64,000 nucleotides of DNA from an uncultured Verrucomicrobiae bacterium (GTDB lineage Bacteria > Verrucomicrobiota > Verrucomicrobiia > Palsa-1439). Shown piece after piece: positions 43,253 to 53,280 of the stretch (its first letter is position 1; the number at the start of each line of letters is the position of its first letter). The DNA lies in the NCBI GenBank assembly GCA_963812605.1, contig CAWEWF010000003.1, positions 32,001-96,000 on the forward strand. The letters are read 5' to 3'. Under the pieces are notes generated by a model. It was not told where the DNA came from. It did not search any database and saw only the letters and a list, made by a program, of their open reading frames with translations. The translations under genes and the position numbers were made by a program.

Positions 43253-44169
43253 TCAGTTCAATATTTCTTCCAGCCACTCGCGTTTGACCTGATGGCCGCG
43301 TTCTAATTTGTAAATCTCTGCTCGGGCGTATGCCAGTGCGGCCGCCGAGTATTCGGCATCGGGATGGATCGCTCGAAGGAGTTCAACCTCGCGACTCTTG
43401 TAAAGTGCCCGCATTTGTTGGATCGTCGATGTTGGGACGAAGCCTTTCCAAGTCTTGAACAATGACGCTGAATTGTGCCAGCCAAAGCCCGGCGGTCATC
43501 AACCAGTTCTTTGCAATGAAGGTGGTAAACCTCGATTGATTCTGCAGCTCTCGCGAGTGCTCCGCAGTACCCTCCGGCTTGGACGGGTGTCGGGTGGCCA
43601 TCGGGCCGAAACGTCAGGAGCTTCCAATCGTCTGGGTCAATCGGGTCAAGAAGCTCGGGGTCCTCCAGTTCGATATCATCGCCTTCCCGCCGCGCCCTAA
43701 AACATCCGCAGGGCTTAGCGGGAAGTGATCCCATTTGCCACCGCTGGTCCCGTGTATCGTCGATCCACGCGGCGCTGGTTGCACCACTGGCTTGAATAGC
43801 GATAATTCCGCGACGTAAATGCAAGCCACCAGTAGCCCTCGTGGGTGGGATCTCCTTCCACCCGGTTTTTTGGGCGAAAATGGTCTACGTTCTTATCAGC
43901 GGTCGGGTTCCGGCTCTCGGAATACCAGCATTTTCCATGTCTTAGCGCTGCGAGGCTGCGCATCCAGGTCTCGCCAAATCTTTTTCCTAGCAGGCCACGT
44001 CCAAACCTGCAGTAATTGCTGCCTTTCTAGCGGCAGACGGGTCTTCTCCTGCCGCGCGCGCTGCGGCCTCTGCTGCAGCGATTTCATCGCGCAATTCATT
44101 AAGTGCTTGGTCGGCTCGTGCTTGCCAGCCATCAGGTAATGCCAACAGGTCAATGTCTACGAAGCGCAT
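43253..44169 (-). CDS. HNH endonuclease, PtuB/retron-effector-like (frameshifted)
   Basis: GKCWYSE, VDHFRPK, GYWWLAF, WCNQ, GGKWDHFPL, LLDP; TGATG overlap with upstream ATPase. Confidence 0.85.
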
Positions 44170-45160
44170 CAGCCATCGACTTCCTTTTCCACTTCTGCAA
44201 CTGCTTCTTTCAGATACCTCGTGTGGCGATTCGGTCAATCTCTTGTTGCTTTTCTGGGGACAAAAATTGTTCGCCCGCCATTAGCTCGCTGTGTCTCCGA
44301 CCCCACGCACGGACGAACGCTGCGTAGTAAGGATCACTGAACGCTTTTGAAAAGCCAGCGGCAGCCAACCTTTTGTCGATTGTCTCAAGTTCTTTTTTCT
44401 CCTGAGCGGTCAATGATTCCTCTTTAGCTACTAAGCGGACTCTGTCATCCAAGTCGGCGAGGGTTTCTGGATCGAGATCGCTTCGAAAACCGAACATTTC
44501 GCTGGTCAGGATGCCCGTGAATCCGAGCCCACGCGGATTGACGCTGGCAGGAGCCCACTTGCAGGCACCAGTCTTCGATGTCGCGCTTCAAAAGGTGAAC
44601 CTGCTCTTTGACCAAGACTCGCAATAACAAGCGGGTCATGAGTCGCCATCAGAATTTGACTGCTCTGCTGCTCAGGTGACTCGAGAGCATTGTCGCTCAT
44701 TACGCGCGTGAGGTCTTTTAGGTAGTCCACACTCCAATGCGGATTCAAATGGGTATCCGGCTCGTCTAGCAAGCACGAGCGACTGATGCGATTTCGTAAA
44801 TCGCATTAAGCCCAAGACCATGAGCAATTGCTGCTCACCCTCGCTCAGTTGGTGGAACGTGATTGGAACCTGCTCGGTGTTGGTCGCTTTGATACGGACC
44901 TGAATCTTCACATCGTGGATCAGCTCGGAGAAGTCGGTGCTCTCCAGCGCCAGAAAAAACGTCCGGGCATCCTGGTACTCTGCTGCGAACGAATGCAGGC
45001 TCTCGAGGTCTGGCAAGAAGAAATAATAGTGGTCTTCCGTGGTTGATCGGTAGCCGTAACTGACTGCCTGTTGCACAACCATCGGCGCAATGGCGTAGCG
45101 GCGAAGCCGCTCCATGACTCGACGCATGATACCGGTGGCTACCCCAGAAATCCTCTGCCT
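44169..45160 (-). pseudogene. ABC/AAA ATPase (PtuA-like), N-terminus with Walker A missing, frameshifted
   Basis: LSEGEQQLL signature, LDEPDTHLNP Walker B/D-loop, MATHDP H-loop; upstream sequence belongs to another gene. Confidence 0.8.
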
Positions 45161-45483
45161 TGCTCGGGTGCTACGTTGGCGAAAGGATTTAAACTGACAG
45201 GGAAGTCGCGGTCGCCCGGATTGAAGTACACGAGATGGTCGGCTCGCTGCGGTGGAAGGTGGTTAAGGAGTTCCTCAGCCAAGTCGCCGTGCGGATCGAT
45301 CAGGCCGACGCCGTGCCCTGCGGCAATGTGTTGAACGATCAGGTTGCGCAGAAGTGTCGTCTTGCCCATGCCGGTTTTACCGATGACGTACACGTGGTGC
45401 CGGCGATCTTCGGCGTGCACGCCAAAAAGCGCGGGGTCACCGCCCCACAAGTCACGTTGGCCGATGTAAATGGGTTGGTTCAT
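45139..45483 (-). pseudogene. N-terminal fragment of a second VirD4/TraG-like ATPase
   Basis: DRRHHVYVIGKTGMGKTTLL, LIDPHGDL, VYFNP, LNP; ends abruptly after about 110 aa. Confidence 0.8.
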
Positions 45484-45660
45484 GGCACCAAGGCCAACCG
45501 CCACTCCTGCCACGTAAAGCAGACCCCGTCGTCATTTGAGTCATTAGGCGCGGCGGTGGCATCGACATACGCGTCGGGTGCGAGTCGATGAGGTAATAGC
45601 GGCTGGCGTTGAAGTCAGACACAACACATTATAGCAGTGAACCGGTCGTAAAATCGCGCG

Positions 45661-45914
45661 GCGCTTTTTCCACAGGTGAGGTAATTGTGTTCGTGGGCGT
45701 ATTCATCAAGCGCGAAGTCGTTAGGCGCGGTGCGCGACACGTTGTCCTTTACTAAAACCAGTTCCCCCAACGTGTGTCGGGCAGGGCGATTGAGCCCGGT
45801 AGCGCCCGACTTCGCGCTTTTTGGTGATGGGTCGGCGGTTAGCAGGACCCGAACCCGATAGCCACATGGAAAAAGCGCGAAGTCGGGCGGTAGCCGACAC
45901 ACGTTGGGGGAACT
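45661..45914. repeat. Nested inverted-repeat element (structured ssDNA/RNA candidate)
   Basis: Perfect 21-bp IR 45760-45780/45894-45914 and perfect 20-bp IR 45803-45822/45870-45889, plus competing 12-, 13- and 8-bp arms to the left. Confidence 0.9.
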
Positions 45915-46189
45915 CGTAGGCCACGGCTGAGCCGCGAATTAGAAAACTGGCAAGCGATAGCCCCTACATACCATGTAAATAGGGGTGTTTGTATGTCGCA
46001 CAAGATTCCTTTTGCGACATGAAATCGGAAAAGTGTCAAGGTTGGGCGGTATATTTGACAAGCCAACTCAAACGTGTTGTAACGTTGTCGTTGGCTTTCT
46101 TTTTTGCGGTAGACCGTGGTATGATGCAAACGCACTTGTGAGGGCCTCCGCTCTCCAGCAGTCATCTAAAACCGCAGACAAGTGCATTC

Positions 46190-46216
46190 AAAAGCCACCG
46201 AGAACCGGTGGTTTTT
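46190..46216. terminator. Bidirectional intrinsic terminator
   Basis: AAAAGCCACCG-AGAAC-CGGTGGTTTTT directly after the stop of the 46222-46698 gene. Confidence 0.75.
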
Positions 46217-46221
46217 GATTG

Positions 46222-46698
46222 TCAATCGAGGGCGGGATCACCATCATGGAGGGTCCTTCCCTGCTCGGTTTGCCGCCAAAACGGAATCAGGCTCCAGAAG
46301 ATCCGTTCACCGCCCGGCAATTGCTTGACGATGACCTTGAACCGTCGGTTTTTCAGCACCGCAACAAATTCGTAATACTTTACGTGTACGAGAAGTTTTT
46401 CCCATCGGCCATGCCGGTGTCGGCGCTCCCATTCGTTCGTGGTCTGTATTCCCTGCACCGTGTGGCTTAATCGTAGGATTTCTGGCGCTTCTGGCAGATG
46501 TTTAAGCCGCATGAACTGGTCACGTCGTTCGCGGCCTCGATTCCAAGTCTTATGGCGTATGTGCTCGAAGCCCTGGGTGTTGAGTTGGACGGGCTGACGG
46601 AAATACGGGTAGTAGACATGGGTGACGGCATAGTAAAAGGCCTGCGCTTTATGCAGAACCTGTTGGAATTCCTGGTCCGTGAATTCGAGCGGAGTCAT
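46222..46698 (-). CDS. Hypothetical protein, possible BECR-fold (RelE/PBECR-like) nuclease
   Basis: VQLNTQGFEHI, YYEFVAV, FKVIVKQ, FWSLIP pattern. Confidence 0.65.
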   Translation of the reverse strand: MTPLEFTDQEFQQVLHKAQAFYYAVTHVYYPYFRQPVQLNTQGFEHIRHKTWNRGRERRDQFMRLKHLPEAPEILRLSHTVQGIQTTNEWERRHRHGRWEKLLVHVKYYEFVAVLKNRRFKVIVKQLPGGERIFWSLIPFWRQTEQGRTLHDGDPALD

Positions 46699-46870
46699 AT
46701 CAGAATTGGATCTGCATCAACTCGGCCTGCGTGAGTCGTTCACGAATCAGAGTGCGCCAGTGCTCGTTTCGCAGAGCGCTGTCCAACCACTGCACAAAGA
46801 GGTGATCGATTGGCCCTGTGGATAAGTCGCGCCCTTTGCGACGGGTGCGATTCATCTTAAAAGGTCTGCG

Positions 46871-46972
46871 ATTTCTCATATTCTTAATCTGTATATTCTT
46901 ATATAGAGTGAAGTCAGACCGGCTTACCTTCAGACGTCAGCGGGTTTACTTCTTGAAGTAAGCCTGTTTACC
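46871..46972. promoter_or_regulatory. Iteron-like repeats plus AT-rich tract (candidate replication origin)
   Basis: GAAGTCAGACCGGCTTACC / GACGTCAGCGGGTTTACT / GAAGTAAGCCTGTTTACC at 22-23 bp period (46910-46972) next to AT-rich 46871-46905. Confidence 0.55.
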
Positions 46973-47329
46973 TCTGGGGGTTTTATCCCCAATTTGCTTC
47001 ACCTGAAAATGGATCGTGTAGAGGTTCGTTCTCCCCTGTCCCCTGCGCTGAATGCTGATCAAACCTGCATCGTCCAATTCGGCAATCAACTGGGTCACTC
47101 GAGGGCGCGTCAGGCCCATGTCCTCGGCCAGCCGTTCCTGCCCTGGAAAGCACGAATCGTTGTGCCAGGCATAGCTCAGAAACATGGAATAGACTACTTT
47201 TGCGCCCACTGAGATGCCCGAGTCTCTGAGGATGAAGTTCGGGACCTGGGTAAACCCGTCGCGGGCCACCGGATTCTGCGTATCCAGCTTGATGTTGCGC
47301 TCGCGGATGATTTCCCCAATTGGTTGCAT
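46946..47329 (-). CDS. HTH_36-type replication initiator-like protein (may extend past an indel)
   Basis: GFTQVPNFILRD, AKVVYSMFLSYA, CFPGQERLAEDMG, RRGQGRTNLY. Confidence 0.8.
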   Translation of the reverse strand: MQPIGEIIRERNIKLDTQNPVARDGFTQVPNFILRDSGISVGAKVVYSMFLSYAWHNDSCFPGQERLAEDMGLTRPRVTQLIAELDDAGLISIQRRGQGRTNLYTIHFQVKQIGDKTPRGKQAYFKK

Positions 47330-47422
47330 GTGATAGAATTATCACATACGCGATCCGTCTTGTCCCTGTGCACAACTTCCCTTTCAAGTCGCGTTCGTCG
47401 CTATTCATACCCCACTGATTCT

Positions 47423-48085
47423 ATGCCAGATACAAACCAGTCTTCTGAGCTTGGCGGAAACATTCCGCATGATTCCGAATCGCTCAGAGCCGTTCCGATT
47501 GCTGCCGAAAGTTTCCGCAATATTCTGAAAACTTCCGAACGCAAGGAAAGCCACACTCTAACCGTGCGCGAAGTCGCGCGGATGTTTGAGTCCGCCGGCG
47601 TGGCGCGCACCGAACGGAGCATCATCAATTGGTGCCAGCCAAACAGAATGGGAGTCCAGAGACTCGACGGTTACCTCGATCCGAACGAGCGGCGGTATTT
47701 TATTTCACCACAGAGCGTAGAATTTGCAATCAAAGAAGAGCAGGCAAAGGCCGCTAAGACGCTCCAGTCTTCGGAACCCGTCAGAAACGCCCCGAAAGCT
47801 TCGATAATTGACTCTGATAATCAGCCATCCAACCGCGACGGCATTAAAGACGCAGCAGTTAAGACCCTCGAACACGAGGTGAGAGACCTACAGATCACCA
47901 ATCAAGCAAAGGACTATTACATTGACCGGCTGGAAAAAGAGCGAGAGAGCTTCGTTGAGAAACTGATCAGTTCTAGTCACCGCATCGGCGAACTCGAAAC
48001 CAAGTTGTTGCGACTGGAAGCACCAAATACAGACGGGAGGCCGAAGGTAGAATCTTCCGGGGAAAGCGTGGATCGCACAACATAG
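47423..48085 (+). CDS. Putative DNA-binding protein with HTH-like N-terminal part and coiled coil
   Basis: LTVREVARMF..RTERSIINWC, then coiled coil ending HRIGELETKLLRLEAP. Confidence 0.65.
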   Translation: MPDTNQSSELGGNIPHDSESLRAVPIAAESFRNILKTSERKESHTLTVREVARMFESAGVARTERSIINWCQPNRMGVQRLDGYLDPNERRYFISPQSVEFAIKEEQAKAAKTLQSSEPVRNAPKASIIDSDNQPSNRDGIKDAAVKTLEHEVRDLQITNQAKDYYIDRLEKERESFVEKLISSSHRIGELETKLLRLEAPNTDGRPKVESSGESVDRTT

Positions 48086-48230
48086 CTGGATTCGCGGAAT
48101 ATAGCTATGCGGACCACACTGAGAGGCGACTCCCGGTCCTGCGTTCCAGAATCACGCGAAAAGCATTCTGTGATTTCCTTGCGGATAACGCACGGCTTTC
48201 ATAGTCTTCAAAGAGCCCATAGCGGATACG

Positions 48231-49555
48231 ATGACAGCCGAGAGATCTATACCAGCGCCTCGCTGGCCGAGACGGATTACAGTTTTGCTGATGGCGGTTT
48301 GTGCTCTCTACGCCGGCTCACCGTACTGCCCATTTGGGCATCACCCCCGACGAAATCGAGGCACTGACCTCGGCCCACCAGCAGGGGTACGAGGGACTTT
48401 TTTTGGGCAATGATTGGAATTCTCAGGTTCATTTCTTGAACGTCCTGCTGGCCAAACCCTGTGTCCAGTTCCTGCCGATCAATGAGATCGTCGCTAATCG
48501 ACTGCCTAGTCTACTCGGGCTAGGGTTGTTTCTATGGGGTGTCTGGAGAATCAGTCGCCAGTTTCCTGACGGCAGCAGACCGGCCGCTCGTCACCCTAGC
48601 CCTCTTGTCGAATGCCTTCTTGCTGGATTACTTCGGGCTCGCGCGCGGGTACGGATTGGGCTTGGGCTTCACACTGCTCTCGCTTTCCTGGTTCTTGCAT
48701 GCTAGCCAAATCGCCGCGACAGACAAAGAGACGACCCGGCGGCCCGCTACAATTTCGCTCTGGCTGGCATTCGGTGCAGCCCTTTCAACCATGGCTTTCG
48801 TCTACTTCTATGCTGCCTTGTTGGTTACCATCCTCTGGCTCATTGGCGCAAAGAACTCAAGGCTTCTTGGTGGGCCAGTGCGTTCGTGCTAGCGATCTTC
48901 TATGTTCGTCGCATCCTTGTGACCCGCGCTCAGAACCAACTGTATTTCGGCGGTGATGTTGGATTCGTGCACGACACCGTGAATTCGCTGGTCCGTGTCA
49001 CTTTCGATGACCGACGGATCGGATGGATTCGTGCGTTGGGTATCGGGCGCCGTCGTCTTGCTCGTTCTGGCGGTTGCATACTGGAGTCACCGTGAACGGA
49101 TCCGGTCTGGGTTCCACCTCGGATTGCTAGGAATCTCTGCGACTCTGGGTACGCGGGAGCTGACTAACTACTAAATGTGAAATATCCCGTAGAGCGGACT
49201 GCGTTATATCTCGTTGGTCGTACTAAACATTGGCGTGCTGGCGGCACTGGTCGCAGTTCCTGTCATCTCCGCGTGTGTTTGTGGCAAATACTTCTCGATT
49301 TTCACGGCAAGACACCTACAGGGTGTGAATTTATGTCACACCCTCACGGCGCGTGCAAGCGCAGATGTCCCCGCAGTAATGTTGGCCCTGCAGGATATTC
49401 ACCAGAAAACGGGCCGACGCTTGGAAGTTGCTACAAGCGATGCCATCAAATGGACGGTGTGGTATTACGCCAAGCATTCCTTGGGACTGGATCCCAAGCC
49501 CAAAGACAGCCCGCAATTCCTACCTGAGAAATTACGACTGGCTCACTGTTTATGA
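48231..49555 (+). CDS. GT-C (PMT/ArnT-like) membrane glycosyltransferase, heavily frameshifted
   Basis: ITPDE, HFLNVLLAK, RLPSLLG, LDYFGLARGYGL; many TM segments. Confidence 0.6.
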
Positions 49556-49712
49556 ATGGAAAGCTCAACGGGGACTACTTTAAGCTTCCACCTCAATACC
49601 CTCTCTTGCCCGTAAGGATTTACCGTGTTTCTTAACCGTGACGATTGACGTTTGTTCGACCTCTCATCTGGCTGGGGGGGCCCACCGCCTCAATGCAACC
49701 ACCGACTCTGAC

Positions 49713-50303
49713 ATGCAACTGAGCACATTAGCTGCGCCGGACCTCCATGGCACATATTCCGACAGTGATGCTGGCAGGGGGCAAGACAAAGTGCCGAGTG
49801 GTCACGGAACTTTGACATTGCCAGATGGGCTGGACGTACACCGGCGAATTTCGGGAGGGCCTACCCAATGGCCACGGGGTTTGCACATGGCCAGACGGCA
49901 GGAGATATACAGGCGAGGTCAAGGATGGTGACTGAACTGGCATCGGTGTGAGCACATGGCCATTTGGGGAGCAGTAATCAAAGGGGAGTTTGAGGAGCGG
50001 TCTCCCAAAATGGCCAAGCAACCGAAACATGGTCAGATTGGGACAAAATACGTAGGCAATTTTGAGGATGGTGTACAGTTCGGATATGTCCCCTTGACAT
50101 GGCCGAACGGGTTTAAATACGAAGGAGATTTTTGGAACGGCCTGCCGAATGGTCAGGGTATTGCGACATGGCCAGACGGTACTAGATACGTTGGCGAGAT
50201 GCATAGTGGCCAGATTGATGGCAGAGGCAAAGTTACCAATCCCGACGGAAGTGCGCGTGAGGGTCTGTGGAAGCAGGGTCAATTTGTGGGCGAAATGCGA
50301 TAG
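49713..50303 (+). CDS. MORN-repeat protein (frameshifted)
   Basis: YEGDFWNGLPNGQGIATWPDG, YVGEMHSGQIDGRG repeats. Confidence 0.75.
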
Positions 50304-50627
50304 GCTGGAAGTCGGAATTGTCGGCGTTGAACGTGGGAAGATTTGGCTATTCAGGAGGCAATCACTCAGCCAGTTCTGCTCTGCCGCACTTAAAAATACT
50401 CTTGCGGACTGTCTGCCAGCGGGACGGCAAGATACGATTGTTCCGACTGGGAAGCCATACAAAATGGTTGTCAGACCAAGAGTGCGTGGATCTCCATCGA
50501 CATATGACGGTCAATTTGCTATAGGCACGAACAGCTTCTTACCGGGACATTATGCGGGCGACAGGTTAGGATCGTAGTCAGGAGAGGCGCTACGATTGAA
50601 AATATTCGCAAGAAGGCGTAGGCAATT

Positions 50628-51750
50628 ATGGTCAAACGCATTCTCGTTGTGTTTGGTATCTTATCCTTTATCGTGTACGCGACGTTTTGGAAGTCGCGGA
50701 CTAGCTCTTGCGCAGAATGGTTCAATTGGCTTACCAGATGCCGCCAACAACACCGCTGAATTGTTGCGCGGTTCGGTGGTTTGGCTGCCTCTGGACGAAG
50801 GCCAGGACTGGTACGAATGTGGCTGATATTTCTGGCAACGGACATGGAGACCACCTATTTGGCACGCCACTGCCTATCTGGACGAAAGGCGTCATCTCCA
50901 ACGCGCTGGCCTTCGATGGTGTGGGGAATTATGTGAGTGTGCCTGACGCACCAGACCTCACACCGAGCAACACACTGACTTTGTCGGCGTGGGTAAAGGC
51001 GTCCCCTACGACCACGGGCATCATCGTGGTAAAGTGGATGTCCGATGGACAGTCAGGGAGCTACAGCTTGGCTCTTACTAACGGGCAGATTGGCGTAGAG
51101 ATTTCACTTGACGGAGTGTATTACCCGTCGGTGGCCACAACAGGCATAGAGGATACTGATTGGCATCATGTGGCCGGCATCTTACTGATGGCGTGCGAAT
51201 AATTGTGTACCTTGATGGCGTAGTGGACGCGAGCAGTCTAGCGACCGGGACGCTGGATGTAGCGAAAGTCCCCTTTTCTTGGTTGGTGAACTCACCGGCA
51301 GTATCGACGAGGTGCGGCTTTACGACCGGGCTTTAAGCAAGGACGAAGTGTTTGCGCTCTACGACATTGGGCGAGCCAACCGAGAAAACCGATATGATCG
51401 CAACCAGGAAGCAGAAGAAAGTATTTGCAGGTGCTAACAGCGTCGTTCCACAGGTATCAAATGCAGTGACGGACTCTGTGATTAGCGCACCGCTGACCGA
51501 TCAACACCGAAACGGAAGAGATGTCAGCAACGTGAACCAATCTATCGGCAATAATAACCATGATGGACTCGCACGTACACCGGGCAATGGGCACGGTCCG
51601 AAGAAGGAAATTCAGGCAGCGATTTCAGAGGCCAAAAATCATGAAGATGTAATCGAGGTCAGTGCCGGAACTTATCCACACACCACGTTCATTCAACAAG
51701 GGAAAACAATCACGTTCCAATAGTGTGGGCACAGTCATTATCAACTGAGT
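50628..51750 (+). CDS. Secreted LamG-like jellyroll domain protein (frameshifted)
   Basis: Signal peptide; WLPLDEG, ALAFDG, TLSAWVK, WHHVAG, IDEVRLYDRALS. Confidence 0.7.
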
Positions 51751-51787
51751 AAACGAACCGAATTGAATGCAGGAAATATATCGTTCA

Positions 51788-52460
51788 TGAATAATCCTGT
51801 CAGAAACTGCACATTTTTGTCTGTGGTGCTGTGGGCCGCCCTCCTGTAAATCTCAACTTACTCTGTTTTAGGCGGCGAGTGGATCTACGGACGGTAATGT
51901 CACGGTCAACAGTAACTTGATTGTCAAAGGGGTCGTTTCCGTAACCGCAACAATGTCAATGTCGTTAGCAACCTGACGGCCCATGCGATCTCCCTCCCGG
52001 TCAGACGCTTACGAATTGGCCCGGGATCAACACCGTGCTTAGTGCTGGTGCAGATGCCCGGAAACCACGTCCTGAGCAATCTCTCCTCTTGTGTGGCAAC
52101 CACTATATCCGTTTCGAATCGATTACAAGGGCTGGATCTGGACCCTTTGGACAGGGGGCCTTCGCAATTACGCTTTGGCAGACTTACGTCGACGCATATG
52201 GTGATACGAATCTGATTTATAATGACATTAGCGAGTTTGCGTCAACGTTCAGCGCCGGGGACTATTTCAATGATGTATTATTTGGGGACGCATGCATCCG
52301 ATCTCTTGGAGGAGCAATTCGCTTGGGGTTTGTGATAAATCAATGGTTTGCCAAAGATGGGAACCCGATGATGGACAACGTTACCAGTTCCTTCGTTATC
52401 AGCAGCAATGGGCAGGTTTCCGTTAAACAGTGGCCCGCTTATTATCACCCTGGGGGGTGA
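51788..52460 (+). CDS. Hypothetical exported protein (frameshifted)
   Basis: Signal-like start and Asn/Val/Thr-rich beta pattern; 52035-52460 ORF is the 3' part. Confidence 0.4.
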
Positions 52461-52589
52461 CCTGTTGATGGGTAGCTTCTACCAATTCACCGCCGCACTA
52501 GCAGGTATAAAAACAGGCCCCAGATCGACTCCTATGGACGAATCCTCATGAATGGGCCGTACTACCGAGACGATGGCTTGCTGGATCTG

Positions 52590-53223
52590 TCTTAATAGTG
52601 GTCGCGCTACTGTGCGCACGATCGGAGACCAACGCGGCTGGCCCACAATGGTGGATCGCTCGCGGTGTAACCTACACGAATGCGACTCCAAACGATTACG
52701 CCGCTGTGACCCAGGGGCAGATAAAGAATATCGCGACCCAGGCCGGCTCGGAAATGGCCACAAATTTGCCCGGCGGCGCTGGCTCTAACGTCGCCGCGCT
52801 GGTAAGCAGCTTTTCCTCGACCAACAATTATCTCGCCACCAACATCGGCCAACTCAAGAACGTGGCCAAACCCTTTTACGACCGCCTCATCGCCGTGAGA
52901 TACACAAACGCGTATCCGTGGAGCGGGAGCACGACTACGAATGACTATGCAACCGCAAACATCGGCCAACTCAAAAACCTCTTCAGTTGGGACATAGCGA
53001 CGAGCACCGTCGGCGACGGCATCCCCAATTGGTGGCGGTTCAATTAAATACTTCGGGAGTGCACAACAACCAACAGTAACTCGTGCGCCTCCTGTATGCC
53101 CGATGGCTCTACCAATAGTAATCTGCATGCCTATCAAGGCGGCGTGAGTCCGTTCGCATTCGATCACACGGCCCCATCATTCATCATTACGTATCCCCAG
53201 AACGGCACCACGATTTATCCATG
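52590..53223 (+). CDS. Hypothetical secreted protein with repeated NDYAxxNIGQLKN motif
   Basis: PQWWIARGV, three NDY/NNY..GQ(I/L)KN repeats, GDGIPNWW. Confidence 0.55.
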
Positions 53224-53280
53224 AAACAAACGGGGGCGATTCACTTTGAAGAATTGTGAAGTCGGAAAAGGAGCGCTGAA

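Noticed and set aside
45760-45914. Calling the structured element a retron msr-msd
   Set aside because: No reverse transcriptase (YxDD) found in the window and a VirD4-like fragment separates it from the ATPase/HNH pair; kept only as an alternative hypothesis
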